The notes: generated by a model not told the origin, from the sequence alone. Positions 13,337 through 27,900 are shown, counted from the stretch's first letter. The stretch is DNA of 64,000 nucleotides from Lytechinus pictus (GCF_037042905.1 NC_087252.1:2544001-2608000), one strand, 5' to 3'. Numbers and translations are program-made.

Positions 13337-15330
13337 TTAGAAGGATATAGAGGAGGAGAAGATGCCTTGGGAAGAAAAAGAAGGAGAAGAAGGAGGAGGA
13401 GGAGGAGAGAGAGAGAGAGAGAGGGGGGGGGGTAAATGAAGAAGAGGAGACACAGAAGCTGAGCACTCATTATACTTAAATTTAGAACTTCTGACACATT
13501 TTCCTGTTTGGCCTTTCTCTTAACCTGGAGCATTTACTTGACCCCTCAAGATGACCTGATTAAAATGAGTCTTTACAGGATTTATATTTTAAAGATATAA
13601 TCCTCTCTGTTCGTAGGACAGGGAAATCCAAGATATAGACTGAACTGCAGGTCACATTTCCAGCCAAGTCCTGCCTGTAGTAGTGTGTTTCTGTGATTAT
13701 TTCACTGATATCCTTTTGGGGCTGCGTTTTAAAACTTTCCTTCCCACTTTTCAGCTATTTAAGTCATTCTGGATTTGTAGTAAAACTTAATTTATGCAGA
13801 GTTTGCCAAACAAATGACTTTGCAATTACTGGTACTATATTTTATCTTTGCCTTCATGGTTACTATGAGAATGAAAATCTTAGTTTTAATTTGATGTTGA
13901 GCTCCATTTTTATCACAATTTCCATAATGGCACATTCACTGTAATTGATATTTCTTTATGAAACGGGGCCCCTGAACATTTAATCTTTGGAAACACTTGT
14001 TTTACTGTGAATGAATTTATGATACAATGTAATAATATTCTCCTGCCAGATGTTCATTTGTTCTAGCTGTTGGCATTAATATTCAAAGAAGGTCCGTTAT
14101 CGCATCTCATATCAGTAACTTCCATGTAGGTGCGCCGGTATGATGTTATCATGCAAGCAAGATGAAGGCGATAGCTTTCAGAGTTAAGATGCTGTACTGC
14201 CAAAAAGGAACTCAGAAAGGAACCTGAGGAAGATGTATTTATAGGTTAGGCTTGGGAAGGAGGTTTAACTCAAAATATGCACCTTTACATGAACACATAG
14301 TTAGGAGTATGTACATGTAGGAGTCTGTACACATCAAAGTGTACATGGAGTAAAAGTGAGCATCGTATCAGAGAGAATGATCACTTGTCCCAATGCAGCA
14401 GATGAAAACTATTGTATGAATTCAGATGTTGTATGGTCAGTAATATCTTGAAATATTGAAATTTAGGGCATTCATGTAATTTACCCATTGGGGAAACTAC
14501 TTGCTATTGATGCAGTTAATAAGTTTGCTCACCAAATTTGATTCACTTTTTTGGTCATAACTTCGGAAAGGTCTCAACTACTTGTATGTATGTCCTGTGC
14601 AGTCCTTTGTAAGATTCTGCTACACGAAAGACCTTTTACGTAGCAGTCTTTAAAAAATTGTTGAGCAAAATGCAATACAATCCAAGCAAAATTATATTCC
14701 ATGTGATTTCACAAATTCACAACTCCAACAATTCACTATATTCTTCTCTTGAATTTTCATCAAACCTTCAACAATTTTTTTCCTTCTAATATTTCTGATT
14801 TTCAGGGGGTAATCTTCTCCTTTAAAATTTGGGACATCATTTTTTCTGAAATGCCACTTTTTAGCAGTCCATTATCTTGTGTAGAGATATTTGTTTTTCC
14901 AGAGATACACTTTGAATAATTATGCCACGCAAGGGTGGCTTATAAACATGAACGCAATGAGGAAGAGGCTAATTCCAGAGTTAACCAAATGTTCTTCGCA
15001 TTTGGTACAATTTCTGCTACCGCAATTGAATTATCTAGGAAACATTGGGTAGACCGATATCTTAAAATAATCCTATACCACATATCTCTCTACAGGAACA
15101 TGTTTGGTAATGAACGTCTGCCTGAGAATGTTGTGGGAATTGATTCATGGGCGTGATGGTAGTGTAGTAGTGTCTGTTAATGGAATGGTTGATTGATAAC
15201 TTTTTTCATTCAGCCACCATGGTACAAGTACAATAAAAAGTATTTCTTGAGCTATGTAATACCTTGAGTGATTTATACATCAGAAGGTGCCCTTATGAAT
15301 AACCTAGTACTTTTTTTACTTATATTACTT

Positions 15331-15598
15331 GGGTGCATCGTGGTCTAGTGGTTCTGGCTCTCGCCTTTGAAACAGAGGGTCGTGGGTTCGAATCATAGCC
15401 ATGACATGTTTTCCTTCACCAAGAAATTTATCCACACTGTGCTGTACTCGACCCAGGTGAGGTGAATGGTTACCCGGCAGGAGAAATTCCTTGCATGCAC
15501 TGAGCGCCGGTGATGGTAGCTTGCACTAAAGCCGGGGTAATGATAGCAGCGCTTTGTATCCTCTTGCAAAAAGTGCTTTATAAATCCAGCTATTATTA
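15331..15598 (+). mobile_element. tRNA-derived SINE
   Basis: A box (tggtctagtgg), B box (ggttcgaatc), central gacccaggtgaggtgaatgg core and a (tat)n tail. Similar to 48985-49270. Confidence 0.85.
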
Positions 15599-16965
15599 CT
15601 TTTCATATTTAAACCTGGTTCAATGACAATTTTCCCTTGAGAGAAACTTCTACCCTGGGAAACCAGCCCCCCCCCCCCCCCCTGGACGAAGGAGTTGTCA
15701 TTTTCAATGTTAATAAGGTCACCTCAGTCAGAAGGACACTTATTCTGGGGACCACATCCAGGAGAGATATGTTTTGCAACAAAAATAAATTCTAGAGGGG
15801 GGGGGGGCATTGTTATCCTTCTGGGGAAGTTGTTCTGTTATGATTTAAACAATGTTTTTGAAATTTGTGTTTTCTTTTATTTCATTAGAGAAGTCTTCCA
15901 TTAGAATTAAAGTTCATTCCTCATATCCCACTCTGACTGGGGAAAACACATTTTATATTTTTGTCAAATCAGAGTAATACAAACAGTCTTTGTTACATTT
16001 AACTTTCAGATATATTTTTTTGGGAAAATCAAAATGATCAATATTCATGATATGAGTGACCTTTTTGACTATCAAAATTTATGAGGGATGGGTCTTGAGT
16101 TAAATAAAAACCAGTGGAAAATGCATGAAGTTAGATATTTATAGATTGGTCTACTTTCTATATCCATCCTATATCCAATTAACTTTGTCTCTCTTTTAAG
16201 GATTTCAAATGTTATTTTCACATTCTCTTACCTTTTCATAATCTCCACCTATATGTCTGGTGAGGCTATAGCAGAATCTATTTTAGAACTCCGTGTAGCA
16301 TGAAAATGACTCAGAAACTTCCGTGACTGTGTGGTGCTTTTTTATGAAAATAGCCGGCAACTGATCGATGACAGCACCGAGTGACATATATACCACTTCA
16401 CATGGGAATTCTTTAAAGGAATATAAACCGTGGTACTGGTGCATAAAAATATTAACTTTACACTCAGTCAGTGCCGTAATGAACAACACAATTTGAAGGG
16501 CTTAGATATGGCTTATCGCATAAAATTTATATAAAGTTGCGAGCGAGTGAAGCGAGCTAGCAATTTTAACATTTTTATTACAAAAATCCAAGTTTGTGAT
16601 AGGTTTTTACGTATTATTCAGAAAATGTCATATTTCACCATTCTTTTTTCCCCGTTATTTAACCTCGATGGTGACATGACTCAAGAGCCAATCAAATATT
16701 TCCATAAAAGTTTCTATGAACAGTTACTTTTTTTGCAGCCGAAGCTATTGCATGAACTACATTTGAGTGGAATGTTCACTACTCTGTCGAATAACGATGA
16801 TATCATTGGTCAGTGGCTGATCTATTCAGGTTGAACACAATACCATGTCTGGGGTAGTATGTTTTTTTTTAACAATATTCGGCCCCTCAAAACTGTTTGT
16901 GTCTAATCCGACTGGATCCTCACCTGATTTGTGGCAATTTTATCAGTTCATTTATGCATAGAAGC

Positions 16966-17122
16966 TAGTCTGCAGGCACAGACCCTGATTGGAACTTTGA
17001 TCAACAAGTGTGCCTCCACGCAAAGACTAGCACATACCAAACTTACTCCTTCAGTACACAAGGCATGAGTAGGCTGCACATTCAGACCCCTAACTCAAGT
17101 GAAGGGTTTGCCCAGCAGACTA
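16966..17122. mobile_element. TAG...CTA non-autonomous element with 9-bp TSD (AcademH-like)
   Basis: catagaagc|tagtctgc ... gcagacta|catagaagc. A second copy lies at 33712-33886. Confidence 0.8.
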
Positions 17123-17829
17123 CATAGAAGCCTTGATTTTTGCTAGCTATCAGCAAGGAAGTTTTGTTTTGAAGCAGAGGGAAATCAGGGATGCATAATT
17201 GAAGAGAAAGGTTTCAAGATGTTCTATATCACACTTTCGATGTAAATTAAGCTAAATGATAGCAGGATGGTATTTCATCAAACTGTTCATGAGCTACTCT
17301 TGACTTTATGATTGACTTTACAAACAACTGTGTTGTTGCGGGATGTGAAAAGTAGCCCCGAAATTAGCCTGCTTCAGACCTACAAATATATTATGGTATT
17401 TCCAATAACATTTCCATCAATTTCGATGGTTTGACTGTGCATTAAAGATTACTTTTCTGTTATGAAATGGTAGAGCAAGGATCTAGACATGTTCCATTGG
17501 AAATGACAGGACGTACCTGGAAAGTAAGAGAGGGAGAAAGAGAGAGAGAGAGAGAGAGAGATGGGAGAGAGCAGGCTTAGCAGAGTGGTTTCATGGTTGT
17601 AGCGGGTGGATTCGGATTCGGCACTTTGCCAGGGCCAGGAGTCTTAACCACAGAAAATGGGAGGTTTTCCCAATGTATGCCAAGCATAATGGCAAATCAA
17701 TTTGAGGTTTAGGAGATGGGTATCTACGATTGGTCCTGGGAGAGTTGCTGAGATACATGATAATCTGTCCGGGGATATGATGAGCGTGTCTCCGAGATGT
17801 AGTATCATCCCCTTTTCATATTAAAGTTG

Positions 17830-18086
17830 AAACTTGAAGCTTTTGGAAAGTATTGCTGAATATTTCCGAAATTGGAAATATGTCATTGATATGTTATTGT
17901 CAGAGTTGATAACATGAATATTTGTTGTAGTCCTTTTGTGCCTGCCGAGTTTTGCCAGTATTTAATTTGAAACTTAAGCTTTTCGGAAGGTATTGCTGAA
18001 TGTTTCCGAAAATTGAAATATGTCATGGATATTTTCTGTCAGAGTTGATAACTGTACATATATTTCATAGTCCTTTTGTGCCTGCC
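17830..18086 (+). repeat. Two-copy tandem duplication with a period of about 140 bp
   Basis: gaaactt..agctttt.gga.ggtattgctgaat...tagtccttttgtgcctgcc occurs twice. Confidence 0.8.
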
Positions 18087-18807
18087 TATTTGAAAAAAAA
18101 AAAATTGGGGGCTATAAACATATCACATGAGATTATTGTACACTGTACTCTAAATTATATGGAAAACCTAAAAGATTGATTTAGACAAGTATGAACATTG
18201 AAATTTGTAAGGGCAGGAGTTTTGTATTGACCAGAGTTATGAAGATTGGAAAGCAGTAGATACATGTATGTAATCCCCCTCATGAAATATTTTCTTTTAA
18301 AAACATTAATTTTTTTTGACATACAAACTTTCTCTTTCCTTTTAGAGAACACATGCAATATTGAAAAGAAAGAGTCATTTGGACAATACTTTTAATTTGT
18401 TCATTTTTTAATTAGTTTTCACTCTCTTTATCACATTCTTCACATCAATATATACAATAAATTATATGATTGGAAATCTACAAAATGTGACAAGCAACTG
18501 ATATATTAAGTGGTGTATATCATCACACATATTATCCAGAAAAATGAAAACCTGTTTTATATTTTGATTTATCAAACCATTTCATAAAAGAGTAAACTTT
18601 TAAACAGGTTAGCTGATGATCAAGTATGAAATTTGCACTTGAGTTTCAAAGAAATATGTTTTGATGCCTGATAAGATCAATTTGCAAACAATACATACTA
18701 CAAAGAAAAAAAGTCATTTGCATTTTCAAATCTTCATTAAAAAATCTTCATTTCGATATAGGTAATATGATCATGAACATAACCAATTCCAAACTGACTG
18801 TTTATAT

Positions 18808-19051
18808 GGTGACACAACATTTACTCCTTCAACATTTGCTCCGGTCTTAATATCTCAGAGGACATACATGTAGGTTTAGAGTTGGGATTGTAATAAAAAA
18901 GTTTTTAGTTCAGAATAATATAAAGATTAGGATTAGGCTTTATTTAGTTTGGTAGGTTAGACTTTATGTTTATCAGGTTCGATTTTACCCTTTGCGTCAC
19001 GTGCTGATTTTCCTTCGGAGCAATTGTCGCCGGAGCAAATTTCATGAAACC
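18808..19051. mobile_element. GG...CC MITE with a near-perfect 8-bp TSD (Merlin-like by TSD and termini only)
   Basis: gtttatat|ggtgacac...catttgctccgg ... ccggagcaaatttcatgaaacc|gtttatac. Confidence 0.55.
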
Positions 19052-19758
19052 GTTTATACCATTTTGAGATATGCAATCATGGTTTTGATTGGTCTGAAGT
19101 TTGTTTTGCTGGACACTGCAGAATTATTATGAATCACACAATGGAGCAACTACTTTCATTGCTCTGGACTCGGTCCTTTACTGAAATATTCTTTCTACTG
19201 CCCTGCAGATGGAGAAATACATTGTGTAGGTAGTATAAAATGATACATCAGTAGCACATACGTAATTTTGGCAAATTAGGAAGACTTCTGAACATTCTTT
19301 TGGAATATCTAACATTTCTTAATACAAATATAATCTCATTATAAGTAGCCTACTCTTTGCACATTATCATTTAGCACTTCTATTGCACAAAAGCATATAA
19401 TAGCTACATGTACTTCATTCTCAACAATATGTTGGAGACTTGAGCCACTCTGCTGAATTGTAAATGTACATATTTACAATTTATACACTTAGGTAGAAAA
19501 TGCTGTCATGTACATTGTACTCTGTCATCACTATGATGTCATATTTCAGCTTGTCCTACTGAAACCTTGTTGGTCCAAGTCCATGCTAAATCTTGAGTAG
19601 TTATAGATCTTCAGGCTATCAGCTGTAGGATTTAATAGTTCTTGGTACTTCAGCTGCTAAAGATCCAGTAGATCAAGTAGGTACTGACAGGAGCATGGTC
19701 TTCGAACCCCAATGGATTTCAAGAAGTTCCTTCATAGACTGTCCCAATCATTGCAGCA

Positions 19759-20688
19759 TCATGCTTTTTGTAAGAAGTGTGTTCTTGCCATATCAAATTC
19801 ACTGGTTGCATCCTTGTCCCGGGCATTCTTAATGCGCATCATATGGTTACTGACAGTCTTTGGGAGGGCACGGATGACACTTGATGGCGGATGGGTGGTT
19901 GTCTTCGCGGCTTTCATTGAGAATCCAGCCAGCCTTCGGCCCCCATACATGGAATGCTCGGTGTATTCAGAACTGGAGATGGAGTAGGAACGGGCATAGT
20001 AGCTCTGCTGGGTGGCATAGTCATTTGGCCTCCTTGCCGCTTTCTTAATGGCTTTCATGGCAATGTCATGTTCAGGTACTGTTGGCGGGATGTCAATGAT
20101 CAGAGGATCCGTAGCGGATGTGCTGTTTGCGTTGTTGGCATGGACACATCGCTTTGCTACATGTGCCGTGGTGATGTCAGGTTTCCTCGCATGCTGCATA
20201 GGTATGACTGTCTTTTGGATCACTGCTTGTGTTCTTGGGCTTGGTGGAACTCTGTTGTTTGGGGACGCTATCTTTGGGAGCGCCCTTTCCTTGACAGGTG
20301 GCCCTGGCTTACTGTACTGATGTTCCTTCTTGGGAGAGTTGTTCCCTCCTGATAGGCGAGGTGTTAGTGGTGTCTTCGGATTCCCATGGATTTCGCACAT
20401 CTGTTGCTGGCGTACACGTCTGACCGTTGCTGCAGCTCCGATGACTGCACGTCTTGTCTGCAGACACTTCCTCTGACAACACAATGCGAGTAACATGACC
20501 AGGATGAGAGCTACCACCACTCCACCAAGAATGATGGCCACCATTGTCACAGGGAGGCCGGTCTCGTTGAGTGACAGTGGTCTCGTTCTGACCTCCACAC
20601 ACTGGTCCCGAAGCACGGCATTGGTCTGGGTGTGGTTGACTAGAATGGTGCTGACACAGACTGTGTACTGGGAATCTGGCTCCAGGTC
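19759..20688 (-). CDS. Terminal coding exon of the same protein: end of FN3, transmembrane helix, cytoplasmic tail of about 240 aa
   Basis: Acceptor gtgtttttgcag|GAC, phase 0. The join gives the canonical FN3 string DFTLT|DLEPDSQYTVCV. TM segment MVAIILGGVVVALILVMLLAL is followed by CCQRKC; stop TGA at 19759-19761. Confidence 0.9.
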   Translation of the reverse strand, partial: DLEPDSQYTVCVSTILVNHTQTNAVLRDQCVEVRTRPLSLNETGLPVTMVAIILGGVVVALILVMLLALCCQRKCLQTRRAVIGAAATVRRVRQQQMCEIHGNPKTPLTPRLSGGNNSPKKEHQYSKPGPPVKERALPKIASPNNRVPPSPRTQAVIQKTVIPMQHARKPDITTAHVAKRCVHANNANSTSATDPLIIDIPPTVPEHDIAMKAIKKAARRPNDYATQQSYYARSYSISSSEYTEHSMYGGRRLAGFSMKAAKTTTHPPSSVIRALPKTVSNHMMRIKNARDKDATSEFDMARTHFLQKA

Positions 20689-21049
20689 CTGCAAAAACAC
20701 AAGAAAATGCACCAAAAGTGTCATTAGGCTCAGTGTATCTTGTATTTTTATATTGTCTTGAAATTAAAAACAAGGAACATTACAGGTAAACATAGCTGAC
20801 TGGAAGACCCATTAGAAGTAAACAGCAATGATTTCTAATTATCAAATTGTTAATGTTCAAGATACTCTGATTGGTTCATGTGGTTTCAACATATTTGTAA
20901 TGATACAAATATTCATATTAAAACTAGAATCCATACTATCTGAAATATGACCTATTGATTTCTCAAGATAGATGTTCCCTATTAAAAGGATGTATCAATA
21001 GAGCTACATATTTAGTAGTAATCTCAGAACACAATACTGCAAAGGTTTG

Positions 21050-21293
21050 CCTGCACATGACTTCCAGACTTTTTTCGTTATCCTAAGCCTTACGAACGAG
21101 TGAATGAGCCACTTATACTGGACTTAATAATTGTCTTAGTATTTAAATCAATATAGATTTATAAAAATATATATTTTCTTTAATCTTATTTATTTTAATC
21201 CAACAATGTTTATGAAGTCCAGTACTTGTTGGCTCATTCTTAAGGATTAGGTAACAAAAGCAGTCTGTTGGTCATGCGTTTGACCATGTGCAC
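21050..21293. repeat. Degenerate palindromic element
   Basis: tgcacatg...gaatgagcca...tactggactt vs aagtccagta...tggctcattc...catgtgca. Confidence 0.55.
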
Positions 21294-21706
21294 ATAATCC
21301 TATTGCAGTATTGCAATTTTTTTTACAGATATGTGATCAAGCCATCTCTAGGATTAAGACAAAATCCCTGGAGTGATTTAATCACCAAAGATCTGTTAGT
21401 TATAAAAACACAAAGATGGGGCCCCCATGGAAATCTCTTTTCATCTTCAAGAAGAAATGTTTCAGTTATTTTAAACTTTAGTGGAAATGATGAAGTGCAT
21501 GACCGTGATTCACGGATCACATTACCGATTGTGACACTGAAGGGGATGGTGTCCATTATAAGACAGTATGCAGTGATTGGTGGATAATGAGAATAAGTGA
21601 TGCCAGAGGAAGCCAGTTAGGAAACCCAGAGAAAATGTGTTTGACTTTGGAAGCAGAAAGACTTAAATCCAAACTTAATAAACCATTAGGAGTTCACCTA
21701 TAGGTG

Positions 21707-21945
21707 CGGAGGTGTTGTTGGTCAGTGGATAAGTCTGCAAACTTTGAAGTTTGAACCACAAATATCGGGGTTGAATTTCCTTCACAGACTGTCCTTTGTA
21801 GAGCATTTATCTGTCTGTACATTTGCAACTCTCCACCCAGGTTTTGACATTTTTAACGGGTAGGAAGTAAATCCTTGAATGCTTGAGCGTCTGAACAGGG
21901 AAGCCGTGCTAAAGCTGGCATTACCTTATGCAGTGCTTAGAAACA
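21707..21945 (+). mobile_element. Degraded tRNA-derived SINE
   Basis: tggtcagtggataagtct head, ctccacccaggt core and gcttgagcg...gctaaagc 3' part resemble the 15331 and 48985 copies. Confidence 0.55.
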
Positions 21946-24900
21946 TTGCACATGACATAATTCTACATAACATAATTGAGAATTCGGGCATCACACAGTG
22001 TTCTAGCTGTACACCCATTTTAGTGGTGGTAGCTATTTCACGGCATTTTGGGTTTTTTTCAGCCAGAGTTAGTGGTCTTAAATTCAAAAGTGAAGGAAGA
22101 TCAATGCAGTGGCAATCTCACAAATATTTGAAAATAAACTAATATTCATCAAATATAAGAATGTTTAATGCAAATTATGCAAACGAAATAAGATTAAAGA
22201 TGAAAATGAATACAAGTGCCATTCTTCTCTGCAAGGAGTTATTCAAAATTATTAACTTCAATTATAACTTATTATTTAAAATTAAAAGTGGACGGAAGCA
22301 GTGATTTTTTCATGATGAGTTGTGGTCAGAAATCTTCTGTGCCGGTTGCACCTGACCACTGCTGTCCATAGCTATAACACTGCACACAACAATATGAACA
22401 ATATGAACATCTACTAACTGCTGATAGAAACTTTCTCATATGTGAACCGACCCAATATGTTTCTGAGAGCTTCACATCCTCCTTGCTCTGAAAAGTGCAA
22501 TATTGAAACCTGTCATCAATTAACATGATAAGTTTCCATGGAAAATTTCCCCTCAGCCAATGGAATTTGATTTTACCTGTAGCTTATAACAGCTATTGTA
22601 ACTTTGTTGTATTTAGAATTTTGTGGAAATTGGCCCAATGTAATGATAATGATATATGCAGTGGTTGAGTTTGAACTTGAATGGAATACAAGGGCAAGTT
22701 TCCCCAAAACATTATCATGGGATACATTGTGGTGATCAAATATCCATGTGTTCATGATAAGGACAAACTGAATACATGTGTGACTTCGATAGACAACTTG
22801 ACAAGTTTGAAGATATAATAAGGAAGAGGGATGCACAGTAGTAATGGCCTTTTCCTGATATCCCATATGGTTTATGTAAATCAATAATATGAATAGACTT
22901 TCAGGGAACAGTGTTATTATCATTACAGTTATTGATATTGAGCATGTAGTTGGTTTTTATTCCATTTCTGTGTGGATACGGTTCTCAATCTTCATTTCAT
23001 TATTTATTTATTGAAACATCCTTTAACATTTATTTATTCTATTTATTCCATTCATTTATTATTTTTATTAAATTTCCATTCATATATCAATTTGTTTCTT
23101 ATTTTGGTATTTTCTTAGTTTATAAACACAAATTATCTTGTTATTTACTTTTGTATATCTCTCCATCAATTTTATGTTAGAAGTGTTTATTTTTATTGTA
23201 TATTTTAATTGTTTTTTTTTTCTTCAGAAAAATGATGATTTGAGAACAATAGCTCCAGACATCCTCTATAGCAAATAATATTGTCTGGACCCTCATTATT
23301 TTATTTCCAAACACAATTTGCACTATCCCACATGGTATTGGTTATAAGATCTGTTGATAAAAAAATCCTGTGCCAAAAATAACCAAACCATATTAATGAT
23401 TTTGTTGTCCAACACAGAGATTGCCTGTACTGTGTTTATTTTAAGGAATGATCCCCGCTAGGGACAAAGAAACAAAAGTTGTCCGTGGACACGTCATCTC
23501 GCCCGAAAATGACTTGTCCCGCGGAAGATTGAAAATGGCAACATTTCGCTGTGGGGTTCCGAAGAGGATGAGCCGTGTGGTCCCAAGCCGGCCTTTTTAG
23601 CGCTGTCAGAGGTTCTATGTTCCGTTGTCATGGTAACGGGAAGTTGTTGCTCAGTCAGTTGCTACTGAACCTGTAACCTGTCTGCAGCATTTAAAGGCCT
23701 CCTTGCCATTCTATTGTCAAATTCGTTTTCCCCTCCCGTGTTGTTAAGTCTGACAAGGTTTTGTAAATGGTAACTGTCATTAGTTGCATATTGGTTATAT
23801 CTTTTCTTGTTTGAAAGAAAGAAAAATGGAAAAATACCCCCCAAAAAGGGAAGAAAATTTGATTACCTGAACTACACATACATGAATTTGCTACATGTCA
23901 TGAAAATGTTTCAAGGGATTGAGGTACACGTGCATGGAATTTGGAACATGCTCAGTTGCTCAAAGCGTTATGAAAGAAAAACTTGTTTAAACATTCAAAA
24001 CTTGATCACAAAGTCATGAACTTGGGAAAAAAATGTTGAATTTAGGTTTAGTCAAGAGATCTTTTCTGCCTCTTTTAATACAAGATCAAGATCTTAAAGA
24101 TTGATTTTATGTTTCATAAACTTTGTCTATATATGTTCCCCCTTGTTATTTTTTTCTTCCTTTAATAATGAACACACTCATTTTGGGAAGTTGGTTATAT
24201 TTGAGCTTCAGTACTTTGTTGGTTTCACTTTCGGATCACCAATCTCGAGTATGAAGTGAAACACTTTTAATGATGCAGGCATGTATCCTCTCAAGGAAGT
24301 GCCCAACCGATTGACATTTACCAAATAAATCTGATCTTATTTTCTTGTCCTTTGCATGCACTCAACCCTGTAAGAAATAGACCTACCCATTTTAATCTCC
24401 AATGCTTTAAAGTGGATGCCTTATAAAGATTTCTCTCTTTTTTTAAAATCATTTCACAGATTTTCACGTGCTTGCACTATTTTGCAAACTTACCCCGAGA
24501 CTCTGGAAACAGTTTATTCATGAATTGCAGATTTGTAGTGATAAGAGTTCATTTCTAATATGAATACCTCTTTTTGCTTCCTCTGCCCTTTCACATTAGT
24601 CATTTATATATCATCTGCCTAGGAACATCTATGTTCTAAAATAGAGTAAATTGAAAATAGATACTAGATAGTGTTATGATAAGAACGATGGGTCAAATAA
24701 CCCTCAGTTTTCCAAGCAGTACATTTTTATTTTCTTCATAATATACAAAATGTTCAAGTTCAAAGAGTCATCCCAAAGTTGACTTTTGATGAAGGATATC
24801 ATCTGATGGCAACTGTATGCGTCAATCTCAGCCGACCCATGTGCACTAACTTGCTATTTATGAAATGACTTGCCATAAAGTTTCTGCCCATTGAATTTGT

Positions 24901-27900
24901 ATGCCTGTTACCATGGAAACAAGTGAATTTCTGAAACATTTTTTTATGCCTAATGATTTTTTTTTTCGACAGGAGAGTGTTTTCCTAACCTGCACAGGGT
25001 AGTTTTGAAGCTTTCAGAATGAATTATTTGAACATATTTCATGAATACCACCACAACTACCTCCATAGTCATCAATGGATATATGCTATGACCATCTTGT
25101 TTTTTCCTTTCCCTTTTCTCTCCTTATTTGGTATATTGTTTAAAATCATGAGTACGTTGTTCTCTACCCCCTCTCCCTGTAGTGCTGCAATGACGTTCTA
25201 GAATTTGTCTGATAATGTCTTTTGTTGTATCCAATTGCTATGCATTTTTGTATTCCAAACACACAAATGCAGTTTGAATATACCTTTTGCAGAACTTTGA
25301 AATATTTCCTGTAATTCCCCAAAACTACTAATCAACTTTGCTAGGTGAATTTTTCTTGATTTATGCCTTTGAACTGGAAGAAGCAATTAAGAATCGACAA
25401 AATTCATCTTGCAAAGTGATTCATCCCCTTATTCTGCGGATGGCCGTCTGGAATAAACGCTGACAAGCAAAATTAGATTGGTAGATAAAAATAGAGTGTC
25501 ACGTTAAGTTTATCAAAATTTTGTATTGCAGCATAGGGTCTGTAAGGAAACTTTGGAGACATTGAGGGATGTGGGTATATGCCCTCGAGAATACCAGAGG
25601 ACACTATTATTTGCAAAATATATATTTTGGTACAAGGGCAGCAAATATAGATGCAGATGTCAAATATAGATGTTGCGTCATACATCAAAATTAATGCATC
25701 TACTTGGTAAATATCCTGATTCATTATTGATTGACATTGGAGATAAATAAAAGTGAGATATTCAAATTGTTATAAAGAAGGCTAATACTTAAATCTTTTC
25801 ATGAAGGTGGTGATTTTCTTCCTGTAATCACGATGAAATGAATTGAGTTTGGGCTCTTAATTTACTTTCTATGATTATAACTTATGGTAACTTATTATGC
25901 ATGCAAATAATGAAGTATATAGATATTACTGTGATTATATTATTTTATCAAAAAATTAAGTAAATCATGATGTAGAAAATACAATTAAAATGAATCCAGG
26001 TTCTCCAAAGTTAAGCATTGGATTTGATTACATCATGCCATAGGTAGCCATGAGAACATAGATCTCTCAATCTAAAGAAGATGTAGATGTAGCGCAATAA
26101 AATAGTAATTATATTATTTAAGTTACAATATGCAATTGCTATGGACACTACACTAGCTTCTGCATCGTTCTGGGCACCCATTTATCACTTGGGTGTAGAG
26201 TGGCAAATCTCAGATTACTCCTTGCCAAAGGATGCTGGTGCCATGGTGGGATTCAATAATAACACATTAAACCATTTCCACTAATACCAGTTATAAGTAA
26301 TAAATACAAGAGCATTCTCTTAAGTTTATTATGTTATTAGTACATGGATATGTATAGCCCATCCTTTACTATCACCATACACAATTATATTGAACAAATT
26401 TGAGTCTGTGAAAACAATCTGTAAAAGATCTGTTTCTAGATGACATCGAATTCTCAATTGCCATATAGCTGATTGAGACATTAAAGTAAATGCATTTAGT
26501 TTTACCAAGATAGTGTTAACAATTTTCTTCAAAATGGCATGGATGACAAACAATGACTGTGCAAAGAGGCACATTAAGCAACCAAAGTGTTAATAGCAGT
26601 GCAGGGAAATGGGTTTATTTATATATTTATATATATATCATGATTTAATCCGGTATAATCCATCTTTGACCCTTGGTATTTGATTGTCATCCCCCTAGAA
26701 CCCCTTGTCTAGTGTTTGTTTTGCGGTAAGTTTGAGCTTGTGTCATTCACCAGGTATAAAACTCTAGCTGTGGTTTGGAATTATTTCCTTCCTTTCGCTT
26801 AAGTGGCCCCCTACTGGTATATATTTATATAGGGCTAGAGTAAATGCCTGATAGTGCATATATGCTGTTGTATTGTGTTCCCTTTATTATTATTATGCTG
26901 ATCGATCTCTTTGCAATTTATTGAAATTCTGCAGGACTTGAATTTCAATATATTTCAATATATTGAAAATATATTTTCAGGGCAATGCCACTTCAAAATA
27001 TGAAAAAGGGCACAGCAAATATCCTTGGCCAAAAAGAGGTGCATTGAGGACAATCAATAGGCCATCCACGGCCATGACCTTCGCTGACCTTGGATTATTT
27101 TAAGCTGTGATGCTCATTTCTGGCATGAAGACATCTGACTTTGCTTGTCAAAGTTTCATTTTTCTGTTTCTCTTATTTTTTTTCTTTGCACAAATTAATG
27201 TTTTTACCAAAGTTTGATTCCCATTTAATTAAGTATTGATTTAAAGGCATACAAACCGGCAGCCTTAAGTCCTTAACTGATATCTGGCCAGCTTCCTGAC
27301 CCATATTGCAACAAACTCAGCAGTGTAGTCTTGTAATATAGGCCGCCTTGAATTATACCAAACCGTATTGGTCACTTTGCTCCCCCTTTATTAAAGTATC
27401 CTTCTTCCATTTTAGATATGTTTTTAACAGTATTTTTCCATTTTGGATTGTCATTCATTTGATAATATTTCTGTTGTATGGTTTTGACATTTTATTTCAG
27501 CCCTCTAATTGCATTCTGCATGTATTTCAAAAATTAAAATATGAAAAGGAAGTTTTGACACCTTACATTTAACTTCCATTCATAGGGAAATGAGAATTGC
27601 AATGTCACTCTGTCAAATTTGAAAGAACATAAGTACCTCAATCCCGGCCATGCCCAGCCAAAGATTTGCGCTTCAATTTGTTATCCAATTTTCAAAGCCA
27701 CCATAATCAGATTTGGATCCATGGGGGAAGAAGGGTTATTTCCGTCTACCTTTTGCAGAGTCCATCTGTCAGTGGTGCGCCAGAAATATGATACATGTGC
27801 CTAGAATTGTACTTCAGTTCTGCAGCAGATGCTACAGTGACAATAGGTCAGTTTTAGATTACACACTAATCTAATTGAATGCAAGGGTCTTTGTAGCATG

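Noticed and set aside
19712..20773. Additional ORFs overlapping the terminal exon, and the start assigned at 20724
   Set aside because: Shadow frames. The first 12 codons of the 321-aa ORF are the intron's polypyrimidine tract and acceptor.
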